A stretch of DNA of 64,000 bases from contig JANNVX010000041.1 of NCBI GenBank assembly GCA_031414595.1, forward strand, positions 108,782 to 172,781, given 5' to 3'. The first letter of the stretch is position 1; each line of letters starts with the position of its first letter. Shown here piece by piece: positions 19,415 to 29,308 of this stretch. The notes beneath the pieces were generated by a model, which ran no database searches, was not told where the DNA came from, and worked only from the letters and a program-made list of their open reading frames with translations. This stretch comes from Deinococcales bacterium (lineage in GTDB: Bacteria; Deinococcota; Deinococci; Deinococcales; JAAFIG01). Position numbers and translations under genes: made by a program.

Positions 19415-20257
19415 TCAAACTTGCACAGGCTCCATTAAAATCCCATATGTGCCAGGTCCAACGTGGGCGGCAATCACTGCACCACACTGAATCACGCCAA
19501 ATTCTTGTACTCCGAGTTTCTTACCTTCTTCACGGGCTGGTGCGACATCTTCGGGCTTATCGGTGTAAATATAGGCTGCCCTGACCTGCCCGTGTTTAGC
19601 TGTGTATTCACGTAAATTCTTGACCACATTTTCAAGGGCTGCCCTCGAGCCACGTTCACGCCCCGCCGCTTCGATTTTACCATCCACCAAATGCAAAATC
19701 GGCTTAAAACCAAGTAAACCGCCCAAGAGTGCCTGAGCGCCACCAATCCGACCATTTTTCTTTAAGAAATCTAGGCTGGCAACACAAAAACGCAAATTGG
19801 TCAAAGAAATCAGTTTATCCAAAGTGGCTTTGATGCTTTCAATACTCGCGCCATCAGCCGCTAGGCGCTGCGCTCGGTCTAACATCATGCCCATCGAGCC
19901 ACTGGCAGCTTTAGAATCTATGACCGTAATTTTACCCGCAAAATCTCTTGCCGAAAGTTCTGCCGAATTGTGTGTGCCACTGAGTTTACTCGAGATATGC
20001 AGGCTCAGCACATGGTCATGAGACTGCAACAAACGCTCATATTCACGCGAAAAATCCACGGGTGTGGGTTGGCTGGTGCTTGGCATGGCAGCCCCAGCTT
20101 TGACCCCATCAAAAATATCATGAGCGTTAATCTCGAGTGCATCTTTACGGATTTCATTCTTAAAATTGACGTAAAGCGGCACAACCGTTACACCCATTTG
20201 GGCAGCAAGTTCTGGTCTGATGTCCGAAGTTGAATCGGTGACAAGCGCAATTTTCAT
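19415..20257 (-). CDS. DegV-family fatty-acid-binding protein
   Basis: IALVTDSTSD, STSQP, ISSKLSGT, GRIG, AHVGPG; AAGGAG RBS. Confidence 0.92.
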   Translation of the reverse strand: MKIALVTDSTSDIRPELAAQMGVTVVPLYVNFKNEIRKDALEINAHDIFDGVKAGAAMPSTSQPTPVDFSREYERLLQSHDHVLSLHISSKLSGTHNSAELSARDFAGKITVIDSKAASGSMGMMLDRAQRLAADGASIESIKATLDKLISLTNLRFCVASLDFLKKNGRIGGAQALLGGLLGFKPILHLVDGKIEAAGRERGSRAALENVVKNLREYTAKHGQVRAAYIYTDKPEDVAPAREEGKKLGVQEFGVIQCGAVIAAHVGPGTYGILMEPVQV

Positions 20258-20363
20258 AATTTCTCCTTTGATGATGTGAAAGGAGATTAGCATTCCTCGG
20301 GGGTAGAAATGAAGTCTTGCATCACCATGAAAGTATTAACTTTACGGAAGATACCTGTTGTCA

Positions 20364-21173
20364 CTACGGAATGTACCCTTGGCGCAGTTCAAAAACCTCT
20401 CCTGTGACATCGCTAATAATTGCATAGAAATAGGTGTCCCAATCAAAACCCCAACCAAAATCTTTGCCATTCAAACCCGCCTCGAGTTCTTTAGGGCTAA
20501 CAAACATAAATTCACTGGCAGATTTAAGTAAACGAATCCGTCCAGCTTTAGCAAACATAAAACTACGAAGTGTGGCATTGGTGTTAGAAATCATCAGCCC
20601 ACCGGGATTATCGTTCATGGTCTGTCCAACTCGGCGCATTTCACGCTCAGAACCATAAACATTGACAAAATCCAGCACCAACTTAAAGGGGTTAAAGACT
20701 GTTTGTTTAGAAATCAGCACGGCTTGCTGATAGACACCCGTGATGGCTCGAGTATTGACCTGTTTAATGGCGGTGATTGTGCCACTTGAAATGCTCAGGG
20801 AAAAAATCGGGGTGCTTTCAAATTCGCTTGGTAAGTCATCACTGTTTGAAACCATCAAGCGTAAGTTCTCGAGACTGGTGTTCTTGGCGGTTAAACTCGG
20901 GAAAGTTAATAGTGAGACACTGGCTTTAGAACTGACAGAATAAGTTCTCAGTAACGGATTTTGATTGCTAAAAACGGCTTTATAGTGCCGTGCTTGAACT
21001 GATGTAATCTCTCCTCGAGAAACCGCGATTTTAGGACTGACCAAATCCACATGGTCAGCTTGCAGGGTGTTCTTCTCGAAACCCGACAGAATGGCGTATT
21101 GGGTTTGGGCAACGGCACTCGAGAAGCCTAGAAAAGCCAAACTGACAAGAAATTGTGCAAAAAGTTTTTTCAT
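20364..21173 (-). CDS. Secreted hypothetical protein with an internal two-fold duplication
   Basis: Signal peptide; two similar halves (SNQNPLLRTY / SNTNATLRSF). Confidence 0.65.
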   Translation of the reverse strand: MKKLFAQFLVSLAFLGFSSAVAQTQYAILSGFEKNTLQADHVDLVSPKIAVSRGEITSVQARHYKAVFSNQNPLLRTYSVSSKASVSLLTFPSLTAKNTSLENLRLMVSNSDDLPSEFESTPIFSLSISSGTITAIKQVNTRAITGVYQQAVLISKQTVFNPFKLVLDFVNVYGSEREMRRVGQTMNDNPGGLMISNTNATLRSFMFAKAGRIRLLKSASEFMFVSPKELEAGLNGKDFGWGFDWDTYFYAIISDVTGEVFELRQGYIP

Positions 21174-21181
21174 GGGTTCTC

Positions 21182-21610
21182 CTAAAAGAACTTTTGAACA
21201 GCTTTAGAAAGCTCAAACCCACGTTTATCAAGATTGACACAACGCAAACGAGCCGTGGTGACATCACAGGTAAAGCCGCCTGCTTTCCAAGTTTTGCCAT
21301 ATGCCAAGGTCTTATAATTTGGGTTTTTAATCGTGTCGCCATAACAACCACGTTCGGCTTTACCGCGCTGGCTCATGCCAAAACGGTAGCCATAATCAAG
21401 ATTGCAATCCTTTGGGTTGGCTGGAATTTTAGCGGTGATTTCAGTCATTTCGCACTGCATTTCGGCTGTATTTGCCACCTTGTCACGCCAAGCAATACAG
21501 TAAATATTATTACTTGGTGTTTTGAAACTTCCAATGTCTTCAAAACCTTGGGCATAAGCAAGGGCGAAAAATGCCAGACTCGAGACGACCACAGCCGTAA
21601 TTATTTTCAT
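21182..21610 (-). CDS. Small secreted Cys-rich protein (DUF6636-like)
   Basis: Signal peptide; FKTPSNNIYC, C.GDT, LAYG..W..GGFTC, C.N...GF.LS. Confidence 0.65.
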   Translation of the reverse strand: MKIITAVVVSSLAFFALAYAQGFEDIGSFKTPSNNIYCIAWRDKVANTAEMQCEMTEITAKIPANPKDCNLDYGYRFGMSQRGKAERGCYGDTIKNPNYKTLAYGKTWKAGGFTCDVTTARLRCVNLDKRGFELSKAVQKFF

Positions 21611-21716
21611 ATTCTTACCTCGAACTTTATTTTACAGCCCCAACGTGACACCAGCGTGACTCGAGAAGGTAGTTTTCCTCTTTCCTCTTTCCTCTTTCCT
21701 CTATACCCTATTCTCC

Positions 21717-22169
21717 ATGCGTGAATACACTGTCCGAGTTGGTACACCATCCGATGCGACTGGCTTAGCCCCAATTCTAGCCGAACTCCTAAAACGCCCT
21801 CGGCTCGAGGAAGGGGTTCTGGCAGCGCTGAACACCAATGTGCTGCGCTTATTGCAAACCCCCGGGGCGACTTTTTTAGTAGCAGAGACCGCTTCGGGTG
21901 CATTGCTTGGGTTTGCTTCGCTGCATGTTCGTTGGGGACTGCTTGACCAAAGCCCAAGTGGACTAATAGACCGTGTGGTGGTGCGCCCAAGTGTAGTTGA
22001 CTCGAGTGTCGCCAGTGCGCTTTTAGAACAAGCCCTAGGCGCGTGCCAAGGCATGGGATGCTCGAGCATAGATTTGGTTTTAACGCTGGAAAGTACCGTG
22101 GATAAGGGTGTACTCGAGGGGTTTGGGTTTGCAGAATTGGGTAAGCGTTTTCATTTAGAAGTTTTATAA
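21717..22169 (+). CDS. GNAT-family N-acetyltransferase
   Basis: FLVAE...LLGF, IDRVVVRP, final GFGF; the acetyl-CoA motif looks degenerate. Confidence 0.65.
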   Translation: MREYTVRVGTPSDATGLAPILAELLKRPRLEEGVLAALNTNVLRLLQTPGATFLVAETASGALLGFASLHVRWGLLDQSPSGLIDRVVVRPSVVDSSVASALLEQALGACQGMGCSSIDLVLTLESTVDKGVLEGFGFAELGKRFHLEVL

Positions 22170-22215
22170 GACAAAAAGCACAGCAAAATGCCGCCCAGTG
22201 TGGCAAAATAGGATT

Positions 22216-23040
22216 ATGAATCTAGCAGCCTTTATGGGCGAGTTCAAAGCCGAAGCCTACGACCACTTGGAAAAGTTGGATCAGGGCTTGTTGCAACTCG
22301 AGCGTGATCCAAGCAATAACCAACTTATTCGTGGTCTATTTTTAAGTATGCACACGATTAAAGGCGGCGCGAGTATGCTCGAGTTAAAGGCATTAAAGCA
22401 CCTGACCCATGCCTTTGAGGATGTGCTGGCGAGGCTACGTGACCACGGTGAGGCTTGTGATTCGAGTACCGCGACCTTATTGCTGAAGGCTGTGGACATG
22501 GTTCGTGAAATTGTGGACACCGACCCGAGCATGGAAACGATGTCGCCACCTGTCGAAGACATGACCAATAAATTGCGCCAACGTGCTAGTGGGGTGATTG
22601 TCACCCTCGAGCCAAGTGCTTCGGTCAGTGGGATTCAGGCTTCATTAGCCGACCTCGACCCGCCGATTGAGACCAAAGCTGCCACAAAATCCAATTTGGC
22701 ACTATTACTCGAGCCTTCCGAAACAGCCCGAAACGTCATGACCACCCAACTCGAGAGCGCTGGTTGGACAGTGGCGGGGTTTGCTTCGGCTACCGAAATT
22801 CAAAATCGTGTTGCCGAAGCAGGTTTATTGGTTTTGCCACTCGAGCCAAGCGGTGGGATAGATGGTTTAGCACTGGCGAGGGATTGGCGGGCATTTGGTA
22901 CAAAAACCCCGATTGTGATTACCGCCCTAGAATTTAGCGCTGCCCAAGAAACCGATGCCAAAACCCTTGGGGTGGCATGTGCGCCTAAACCAAGTTGGCG
23001 TGATTCGCATTTGACTGAACTTGCAAGGAGCTTGGTGTGA
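22216..23040 (+). CDS. CheA P1-like Hpt domain fused to a degenerate receiver domain
   Basis: F..EA.DHL, LF.SMHTIKGGA (phospho-His), HAFEDVL..LR; C-terminal receiver-like fold with no Asp at the phosphoacceptor position. Confidence 0.75.
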   Translation: MNLAAFMGEFKAEAYDHLEKLDQGLLQLERDPSNNQLIRGLFLSMHTIKGGASMLELKALKHLTHAFEDVLARLRDHGEACDSSTATLLLKAVDMVREIVDTDPSMETMSPPVEDMTNKLRQRASGVIVTLEPSASVSGIQASLADLDPPIETKAATKSNLALLLEPSETARNVMTTQLESAGWTVAGFASATEIQNRVAEAGLLVLPLEPSGGIDGLALARDWRAFGTKTPIVITALEFSAAQETDAKTLGVACAPKPSWRDSHLTELARSLV

Positions 23041-24005
23041 TCGAAGCGCGACGAATTTTAATCATCGAAGATAGTTTACTGATGCGTAACTTGTTGGTCG
23101 GTTTACTCGACGGGGCTGGTTACGGCGATATTCGAGCGGTCGGGACACTCGAGCAAGGACTGCGCTTATTGGGAATGCGAAGCGAACCTGGCGAGCAATT
23201 CAGTCTGATTTTAATGGATAAACTCCTGCCCGATGGTGACGGTATAGATGGCATCCGCGAAATCAGACAAATTCCGCACTTAACCGAAAAACCAATTATC
23301 ATGGTCACGGGTTTTGATGACCGCGAAACCCTGCGCGAAGCCTTTGACGCTGGGGCAAGTGACTTTATCAACAAGTCCTTTGATGAAACCGAATTGCTGG
23401 CTCGAGTCCGCAGCGCCCTGCGTTTAGATGCTGCCATCGAAGCCGCCAAGAGCCGCGAAGCCGATTTGCGGCGTTTAACCCGAGAACTCGAGAAGCTCTC
23501 CTACACCGATGGTCTAACCAAAGTGACCAATCGCCGTGGTTTTGACGCTGCCTTAGAACGGGCATGGGTTGAAAGTTATGAGCAGCGCAAACCCTTAAGT
23601 GTGGTGATGCTCGATGTCGATCATTTCAAAAAGTACAACGATGCCCTCGGACACCAACAAGGTGACGAGTGTCTAAAAGCCGTGGCTGCCGCCTTAGAAC
23701 AACAAGTCAATGCCAGTGGCGAAGCCCATATGTTGGCTCGCTACGGTGGCGAGGAATTCGCCGCAATTCTCCGCACCAATGCCAGTACCGCCCAGTATGT
23801 TTCCGAAAAACTCCGCTCGAGTATCCAAGAATTACAATTGGTACACCCCAACTCTACCGTTGGCAGTTTTGTCAGCATCAGTGTTGGTTTAACCACCGTT
23901 ATTCCAGATGAACGCAGCACAGCATCCGATTTACTGGCGGCGGCTGATTCGGCTTTGTACCAAGCTAAAAATACGGGTCGTAACCGTGTGGTGATGAAGT
24001 CTTGA
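23037..24005 (+). CDS. Response-regulator diguanylate cyclase (REC-GGDEF, WspR/PleD-like)
   Basis: ILIIEDS, LILMD..LPDGDG, DFINKS; DGLT...NRR, DVDHFKKYND, ARYGGEEF, ALYQAK..GRN. Confidence 0.92.
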   Translation: MIEARRILIIEDSLLMRNLLVGLLDGAGYGDIRAVGTLEQGLRLLGMRSEPGEQFSLILMDKLLPDGDGIDGIREIRQIPHLTEKPIIMVTGFDDRETLREAFDAGASDFINKSFDETELLARVRSALRLDAAIEAAKSREADLRRLTRELEKLSYTDGLTKVTNRRGFDAALERAWVESYEQRKPLSVVMLDVDHFKKYNDALGHQQGDECLKAVAAALEQQVNASGEAHMLARYGGEEFAAILRTNASTAQYVSEKLRSSIQELQLVHPNSTVGSFVSISVGLTTVIPDERSTASDLLAAADSALYQAKNTGRNRVVMKS

Positions 24006-24073
24006 AGAAAGGCGAAAGTTAAATCGCTTTCGCCTTGTCTTGCCTTTATGCCCGTAAAGCGTTACCTTAAACC

Positions 24074-24367
24074 ATGTTCTCTTTTTTCAAAAAACGTGAA
24101 ACCACACCGCAATTCCTTAAATTTGATGGACAGAATGCCTATCGGGTGCGGATTCGGACTGCTAAGCGCGGTGAAATCGTCGAGATTCGCTTTACCCGCA
24201 GTGGTGACATCTCGAGTGATGAGGGCGGTTTTTATGTGCGAAAAGGAGTGGTCGGACCTAATAGTTTTGACCGTGCCACGCTCGAGGTTCGTTTTAGCAG
24301 TGGGTACAGTAAACCCATTATTACTGTGGATGGCGGCGAAGCTGTGCCTGTGAACGAATGGGAATAA
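24074..24367 (+). CDS. Small hypothetical protein
   Basis: 97 aa, stop overlaps the rnhB start (TAATG); plausible composition. Confidence 0.6.
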   Translation: MFSFFKKRETTPQFLKFDGQNAYRVRIRTAKRGEIVEIRFTRSGDISSDEGGFYVRKGVVGPNSFDRATLEVRFSSGYSKPIITVDGGEAVPVNEWE

Positions 24368-24978
24368 TGTGGAGTCTCGAAACTCAGCACTGGGCAGATG
24401 GGGCTAAATTTGTGGCTGGAATAGATGAAGCTGGACGTGGCGCATTGGCGGGACCAGTTTGTGTGGCAGCCGTGATTTTACCGCCAGACCAAAAACCACG
24501 TTTTTACCGTGACTCTAAAACCTTATCGAGCAGCAAACGCCAACAACTGGCGCTCGAGATTAAACAAGAAGCCTTGGCGTGGGCAATCGAATTTGCATCT
24601 GCTACCGAAGTAGACCAGCACAATGTCTTACGCGCCACGCACCGCGCTGCCGCTCGAGCCATTGCCCAGTTAAACCTTGCCCCAGATGCCCTGATTACTG
24701 ATTACTTGAAACTGATAACCACCTTACCGCTTTTAGCTCCAGCTAAAGCCGACTCGAGCAGTTACAGTGTGGCGGCAGCCAGTATCCTTGCAAAAACGGC
24801 TCGAGATGAATATATGGTTGCCCTTAGTCAGCAACACCCAGCGTATGGTTTTGAAGCCCACAAGGGGTATGGCTCAAGTCGGCATCTTCAAGCCCTCGAG
24901 CAGTACGGGGTTTTACTCGAGCATCGCAAAACCTTTGCTCCTGTGGCATTGCTGGTGAATGGTTTGGACTTTGGGTAA
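24367..24978 (+). CDS. rnhB: Ribonuclease HII
   Basis: AGIDEAGRGALAGPV, DSK.L, VAAASILAK..RD, HKGY, HRKTF. Confidence 0.95.
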   Translation: MWSLETQHWADGAKFVAGIDEAGRGALAGPVCVAAVILPPDQKPRFYRDSKTLSSSKRQQLALEIKQEALAWAIEFASATEVDQHNVLRATHRAAARAIAQLNLAPDALITDYLKLITTLPLLAPAKADSSSYSVAAASILAKTARDEYMVALSQQHPAYGFEAHKGYGSSRHLQALEQYGVLLEHRKTFAPVALLVNGLDFG

Positions 24979-25018
24979 TACATTGCATGATATGATTTTG
25001 TCGTACCTCGGAGGATTC

Positions 25019-25369
25019 ATGAAGTTTGATTATCGCATCCCCACAATGAAATTCTCAAAGGTATACCCGTTGTATCTCGAGAAGGTAAAACGCAAAAATC
25101 GCAGTCAAGAAGAAGTAGATCAAGTCATCTGCTGGTTGACTGGTTATGACCAAATTGGATTGCAACAGCAGCTAGACCAACAAAGTGACTTCGAGACATT
25201 TTTTGCCCAAGCGCCTGCTATCCACCCCAATAGCTCAAAAATCAAAGGCGTAATATGTGGGGTGCGGGTCGAAGACATAGAGAATCCACTGGTGCAAAAA
25301 GTGCGATTCTTAGACAAACTGATTGATGAACTCGCAAAAGGCAAAGCCATTGATAAGGTTATGCTTTAA
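25019..25369 (+). CDS. DUF2200-family protein
   Basis: VYPLYL.KV.RK.R, VICWLTGY, I.GVICGVRVEDIE, LDKLIDELAKGK; GGAGG RBS. Confidence 0.8.
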   Translation: MKFDYRIPTMKFSKVYPLYLEKVKRKNRSQEEVDQVICWLTGYDQIGLQQQLDQQSDFETFFAQAPAIHPNSSKIKGVICGVRVEDIENPLVQKVRFLDKLIDELAKGKAIDKVML

Positions 25370-25372
25370 GGG

Positions 25373-26473
25373 TCAAGTGCTTGCTTGTGGTTTTGGCAGT
25401 ACCACAGTAAAAATCGCTCCGCCTTCAGGGTGATTTGTGGCATTGACGTTCCCGCCTTGAGCTTCGATTAGGGTTTTTACAATTGCCAGTCCGAGTCCAC
25501 TACCTCCATCTTGGCGGTTACGGGTGGTGTCGGTGCGGTACAACCTTTGGAAAACCCGTTCTAAATCGGCTTTGGCAAGTCCCGTCCCGTGGTCACGAAT
25601 TTGCAGCGAAATTTCTTGTTGGCTGCTCTGCACTGTGCAATTGATTTCTGTGCCTTCGGCGGTGTGTTTGACGGCGTTATCGAGCAAATTATAAAGCACT
25701 TGTTGGATTCGTTCTCGGTCAACTTGAACCAGAATGGGTGTGCCAGTCACAGTTATTAAACATTTTTTCTGCTCGGCAATTTGGGCAAAGGCTTGGGCTG
25801 CACTTTGTACCAGTTCGGTAAAATCCAGTTCAACAAAATTAAACTCGAGACCGCCCGAATCGCTTAACGACAGTAATCGTAAATCGCCAACCAAGCGCAC
25901 CAGTAAGTCAACTTCTTCACTCAGGCGTTGAATCACTTGTGGTGAGGCTTGGGTAATCCCATCTTGGATGTACTCGAGTTCGCCTTTTAGCACAGTCAGT
26001 GGGGTGCGTAATTCATGGGCAACATCGGCAACCAGTTGTTTATGTTGTTGTTGTTCTTTTTGTATTTGGTCTGCCATTAAATTAAAGGTCATGCCAAGTT
26101 CATGGAGTTCGTCTTGTCCATGACTGGTGTAACGCAAATTGCGTTCTCCACGTAGGTAACGGCGGTTTATTTCGGTCAAAGTTCGGACTGGCTTAACAAG
26201 GCGCGAAGCTAAAAAAGCCCCAATCATAAAGGCAAAACTTAGGGCAATAATCGTTGCGCCAACCTGTGAGGCTTGCAGGCTTTTGAGTAATCGTTCTGCG
26301 CCTCGTGGCGTTTCGGCTTGTGGGAAAATCTGCGGCAAAATAGACCCAGAAATCTCGGGAGGACTCAGCCGAATCCGCCCTCGAGCCGCTTGTTCACTCA
26401 GCCACGAAGCCATAAAAGCAGCAATAAATGCCACAACCACAAAAGCCAGTACGAAACGCGGAAAAAGCCTCAT
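25373..26473 (-). CDS. HAMP sensor histidine kinase (BaeS-like)
   Basis: DVAHELRTPL H-box, NLLDNA, DHGTG, GSGLGLAI; two TMs plus HAMP. Confidence 0.92.
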   Translation of the reverse strand: MRLFPRFVLAFVVVAFIAAFMASWLSEQAARGRIRLSPPEISGSILPQIFPQAETPRGAERLLKSLQASQVGATIIALSFAFMIGAFLASRLVKPVRTLTEINRRYLRGERNLRYTSHGQDELHELGMTFNLMADQIQKEQQQHKQLVADVAHELRTPLTVLKGELEYIQDGITQASPQVIQRLSEEVDLLVRLVGDLRLLSLSDSGGLEFNFVELDFTELVQSAAQAFAQIAEQKKCLITVTGTPILVQVDRERIQQVLYNLLDNAVKHTAEGTEINCTVQSSQQEISLQIRDHGTGLAKADLERVFQRLYRTDTTRNRQDGGSGLGLAIVKTLIEAQGGNVNATNHPEGGAIFTVVLPKPQAST

Positions 26474-26475
26474 AC

Positions 26476-27162
26476 TTAATTCTCGCCACCAGACCCAAGC
26501 CGATAACCAACGCCCCGCACAGTTTGCAGTAAATCGCCACAAGTCCCCATGCGCGAACGCAAATTGCGAATATGGGTGTCTATGGTGCGTTCATCCAAGT
26601 TGTTGATGCTGATGCCGTCCAATAACTCGAGCCGACTAAACACCCGTCCGGGGCGACTGGCAAGCACTGCCAGTAGATGAAAATGAGTTCGGGTAAGTTG
26701 TAATTCGTTTAACCCACAACCTGCAACAAAAGATTCTAAATCCAAGCTCAGTTCACCCACTTGAACTCGAGGGCGTTCTTTGGGGGCAGTTTTAGCGACT
26801 CTGCGTAAAACAGTTTTGACCCGCAGCAGCACTTCTCGAGGACTAAATGGCTTAATGATGTAATCGTCTGCCCCAAATTCTAAGCCCAGCAAGCGGTCTA
26901 TTTCTTCGACTTTGGCACTGAGGATAAGAACAGGCACATCGGATTCATGACGAATGGTTTTTAGTACCTCGAGACCATCTGGGGCGGGAATCATGATGTC
27001 TAATAAAATCAGTTGCGGACGGGCTGCCCGCCAAAGCTCGAGCGCTCGCTTCCCAGAACTCGCCCGTTCGGTGCGGTAGCCAGCCGTTTGCAAACCACGC
27101 TCGAGCAGGTCAGCAATCCGTGGTTCGTCTTCGACAATTAAAATCAGTTCTGATGTGTTCAA
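26476..27162 (-). CDS. OmpR-family response regulator (BaeR-like)
   Basis: ILIVEDE, LLDIM, GADDYIIKPFS, TIDTHIRNLR, TVRGVGY; TTG start is a best guess. Confidence 0.9.
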   Translation of the reverse strand: MNTSELILIVEDEPRIADLLERGLQTAGYRTERASSGKRALELWRAARPQLILLDIMIPAPDGLEVLKTIRHESDVPVLILSAKVEEIDRLLGLEFGADDYIIKPFSPREVLLRVKTVLRRVAKTAPKERPRVQVGELSLDLESFVAGCGLNELQLTRTHFHLLAVLASRPGRVFSRLELLDGISINNLDERTIDTHIRNLRSRMGTCGDLLQTVRGVGYRLGSGGEN

Positions 27163-27176
27163 GCGGACATCACACC

Positions 27177-28259
27177 TTAGTTTATCACGCGCTCGAGAAA
27201 CCAAATACTGCCCATTAAAACAGCGCTCAGGGTTGCCAGTAATGAAGCAGTTTTTACACTGCGCCCACCGAACAATTTTTGCAGCAAAGTAAGTCCGACA
27301 ATAGCCAGCCCTGCCACACCAACTTGGGCAATTTCAATGCCTAAGTTAAAACCAAGCAGCGTTGCACCTTGCTGGGTTGGATTGATACCCAGTGATGCCA
27401 GAGCGCCACCCAAGCCAAGCCCATGAATTAACGAGCAACCAAAAACCAAACCATAACGCAGTTCTCGAGCCGATGACGCTGTACTCGAGCGGGTTAAGTC
27501 ATACAAGGCTAAACCAATAATTGTTGCGGCAATCGCAGGTTCGACAATGTTTTCTGGGAATGTGATTCCACTGTAGACCACGGTCATCAGACTAATCGCA
27601 TGACCAACTGTAAAAATACTCAGGGCGGTCAAAATTTGTTTCCAACCCCAACCAGAAGCCATCACCACCAGCAAAAATAATAGATGATCCAGTCCAGCAA
27701 GCACGTGTTCGATGCCGTGTTGTAAAAACGAGGCAAAAACATTCAGGGCTGGCTCGTACAGTTTTCCTTGTGGGTGTTCTGGGGTCAGCATCAGCAGTTG
27801 TTCGTCTTTGAGGTTCTTGGTGATGGTTAGCCCTAAAGATTGCTCGGTTTCTTTTTTGCCCCATAATTTTGCTTCAAACGATAAGGGTTTATTTGGGTCC
27901 GTCAGTGCAAACCGACCCATGACAATCAATTGATCGGCGGGTTGCCCTTCTTTTGAATCTTCTGGCGAGAGGGTCAGCATCAGCCCCTCGAGTGGACGAA
28001 CGCCATCGGTATCGCTTAAGTGCAAACCTGCCTGAATTTGCTGCTGAATACTTTTGGTGTGAAGACTGAGTTCTCGAGCCGATAATAAACCATCACTGTC
28101 ATCATCTACCTTCTCGAGTGATGAAGTGGGAATCGAAACCAGTAAGTACGCGCCATTCCCAGATAAATTCAGTGTGCCTTTTTGGGCGACCATCAAATGC
28201 GCCAAAGCCGTGTTGAATAGCCCTATTGTCAAGAGCAGGGCAAACAGTGCCGTTTTCAT
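27177..28259 (-). CDS. HupE/UreJ-family membrane protein with an N-terminal soluble domain
   Basis: GIEHVLAGLDHLLFL, FTVGHAISL, LIHGLG, FNLGIE; signal peptide ending ALAH. Confidence 0.8.
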   Translation of the reverse strand: MKTALFALLLTIGLFNTALAHLMVAQKGTLNLSGNGAYLLVSIPTSSLEKVDDDSDGLLSARELSLHTKSIQQQIQAGLHLSDTDGVRPLEGLMLTLSPEDSKEGQPADQLIVMGRFALTDPNKPLSFEAKLWGKKETEQSLGLTITKNLKDEQLLMLTPEHPQGKLYEPALNVFASFLQHGIEHVLAGLDHLLFLLVVMASGWGWKQILTALSIFTVGHAISLMTVVYSGITFPENIVEPAIAATIIGLALYDLTRSSTASSARELRYGLVFGCSLIHGLGLGGALASLGINPTQQGATLLGFNLGIEIAQVGVAGLAIVGLTLLQKLFGGRSVKTASLLATLSAVLMGSIWFLERVIN

Positions 28260-28262
28260 GCG

Positions 28263-29207
28263 TTACCGCCCCGGAGGTGGTGCTTGGGTACTGGAGACGA
28301 CAACTTTGCCTTTGACACAGCGCTGCAAGAACGGATAAGTATCAGTAGCGTAATAATGGTATGTGCCATTGGGGAATTCTGGGGTGACACCCGTCCGTCC
28401 GTTGCACTCGTCGAGTTCACTTAGACCCGCCACGTACTCCCAGTCGTTCTTAAATGTACCCATGGCGTATAAGCTAGTGGCTGGACGGTTGGCATCGGGG
28501 GTGGCTTTGGTGCGGTAACTGCCTTTCATGACTTTAATAGCAGATGTGGCATCGGTGGCAGTCGTGTAGCCATAACGCGCATAAATTGGGAAACCATCGG
28601 CTGCCCAACCAACCAGCGTCATGGCTTGACCTTTGCCTAGTTTGGTTAAATAACCCTCTGGCATCCCATGATAATGGTATTCGCCGCTTGGTTGAACATG
28701 CGCCGTATTGCTGTCTGTGCCAAAGTTAAAAGCCGTTCCACCAAGGGCTTCCATTCGCCATTGCCCAACATTGCCATTTAGGGTGCAGTTATTACCGCTA
28801 TCGTTACAACTCCCACCCGTATCTGGGTCGAGTTTGACACCGTTTAAGATATAACCCACTGCTCCTCGAGGACCGCCTAAGGTGGTAGACGTGCTGGTTT
28901 TCTCTGGCGCTAAGGTGTAAGTCGCCGTTACATTCTGTGCCGATATTCTATTGGGATTGTTGGCATTGGGGAATGTGCCAACGGCATGATCCGGAATTCC
29001 ATTGGCGGTCAATACCCTTGAAGTTGCTGTACAAGACCATTTGACGGTACTGGTGGCATTGACCGAAGCGCTGTTATTAAAAACGCTTTGGGTATAGTCA
29101 CATAATACGCCTGCCATTCCAGTAGTTGCTGTTGTTGCCGTCCCTGCTGGCGTACAAGCGATTAACGCCAGCGCTGCCATTCCACCTAATTTATAGAACC
29201 GATTCAT
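28263..29207 (-). CDS. YHYH-domain lipoprotein
   Basis: Lipobox LIAC; HVQPSGEYHYHG, GWAADGFPIY, LDECNG, YHYY. Confidence 0.85.
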   Translation of the reverse strand: MNRFYKLGGMAALALIACTPAGTATTATTGMAGVLCDYTQSVFNNSASVNATSTVKWSCTATSRVLTANGIPDHAVGTFPNANNPNRISAQNVTATYTLAPEKTSTSTTLGGPRGAVGYILNGVKLDPDTGGSCNDSGNNCTLNGNVGQWRMEALGGTAFNFGTDSNTAHVQPSGEYHYHGMPEGYLTKLGKGQAMTLVGWAADGFPIYARYGYTTATDATSAIKVMKGSYRTKATPDANRPATSLYAMGTFKNDWEYVAGLSELDECNGRTGVTPEFPNGTYHYYATDTYPFLQRCVKGKVVVSSTQAPPPGR

Positions 29208-29308
29208 AAAACCTCCTGCCTTCAGGCTGAATATCCTTTAGGTATGAAGACAATACAAAGACATGTGTGCAAGTACACCTAAAGAAATATGCAAATTCAA
29301 AGGAGAAA

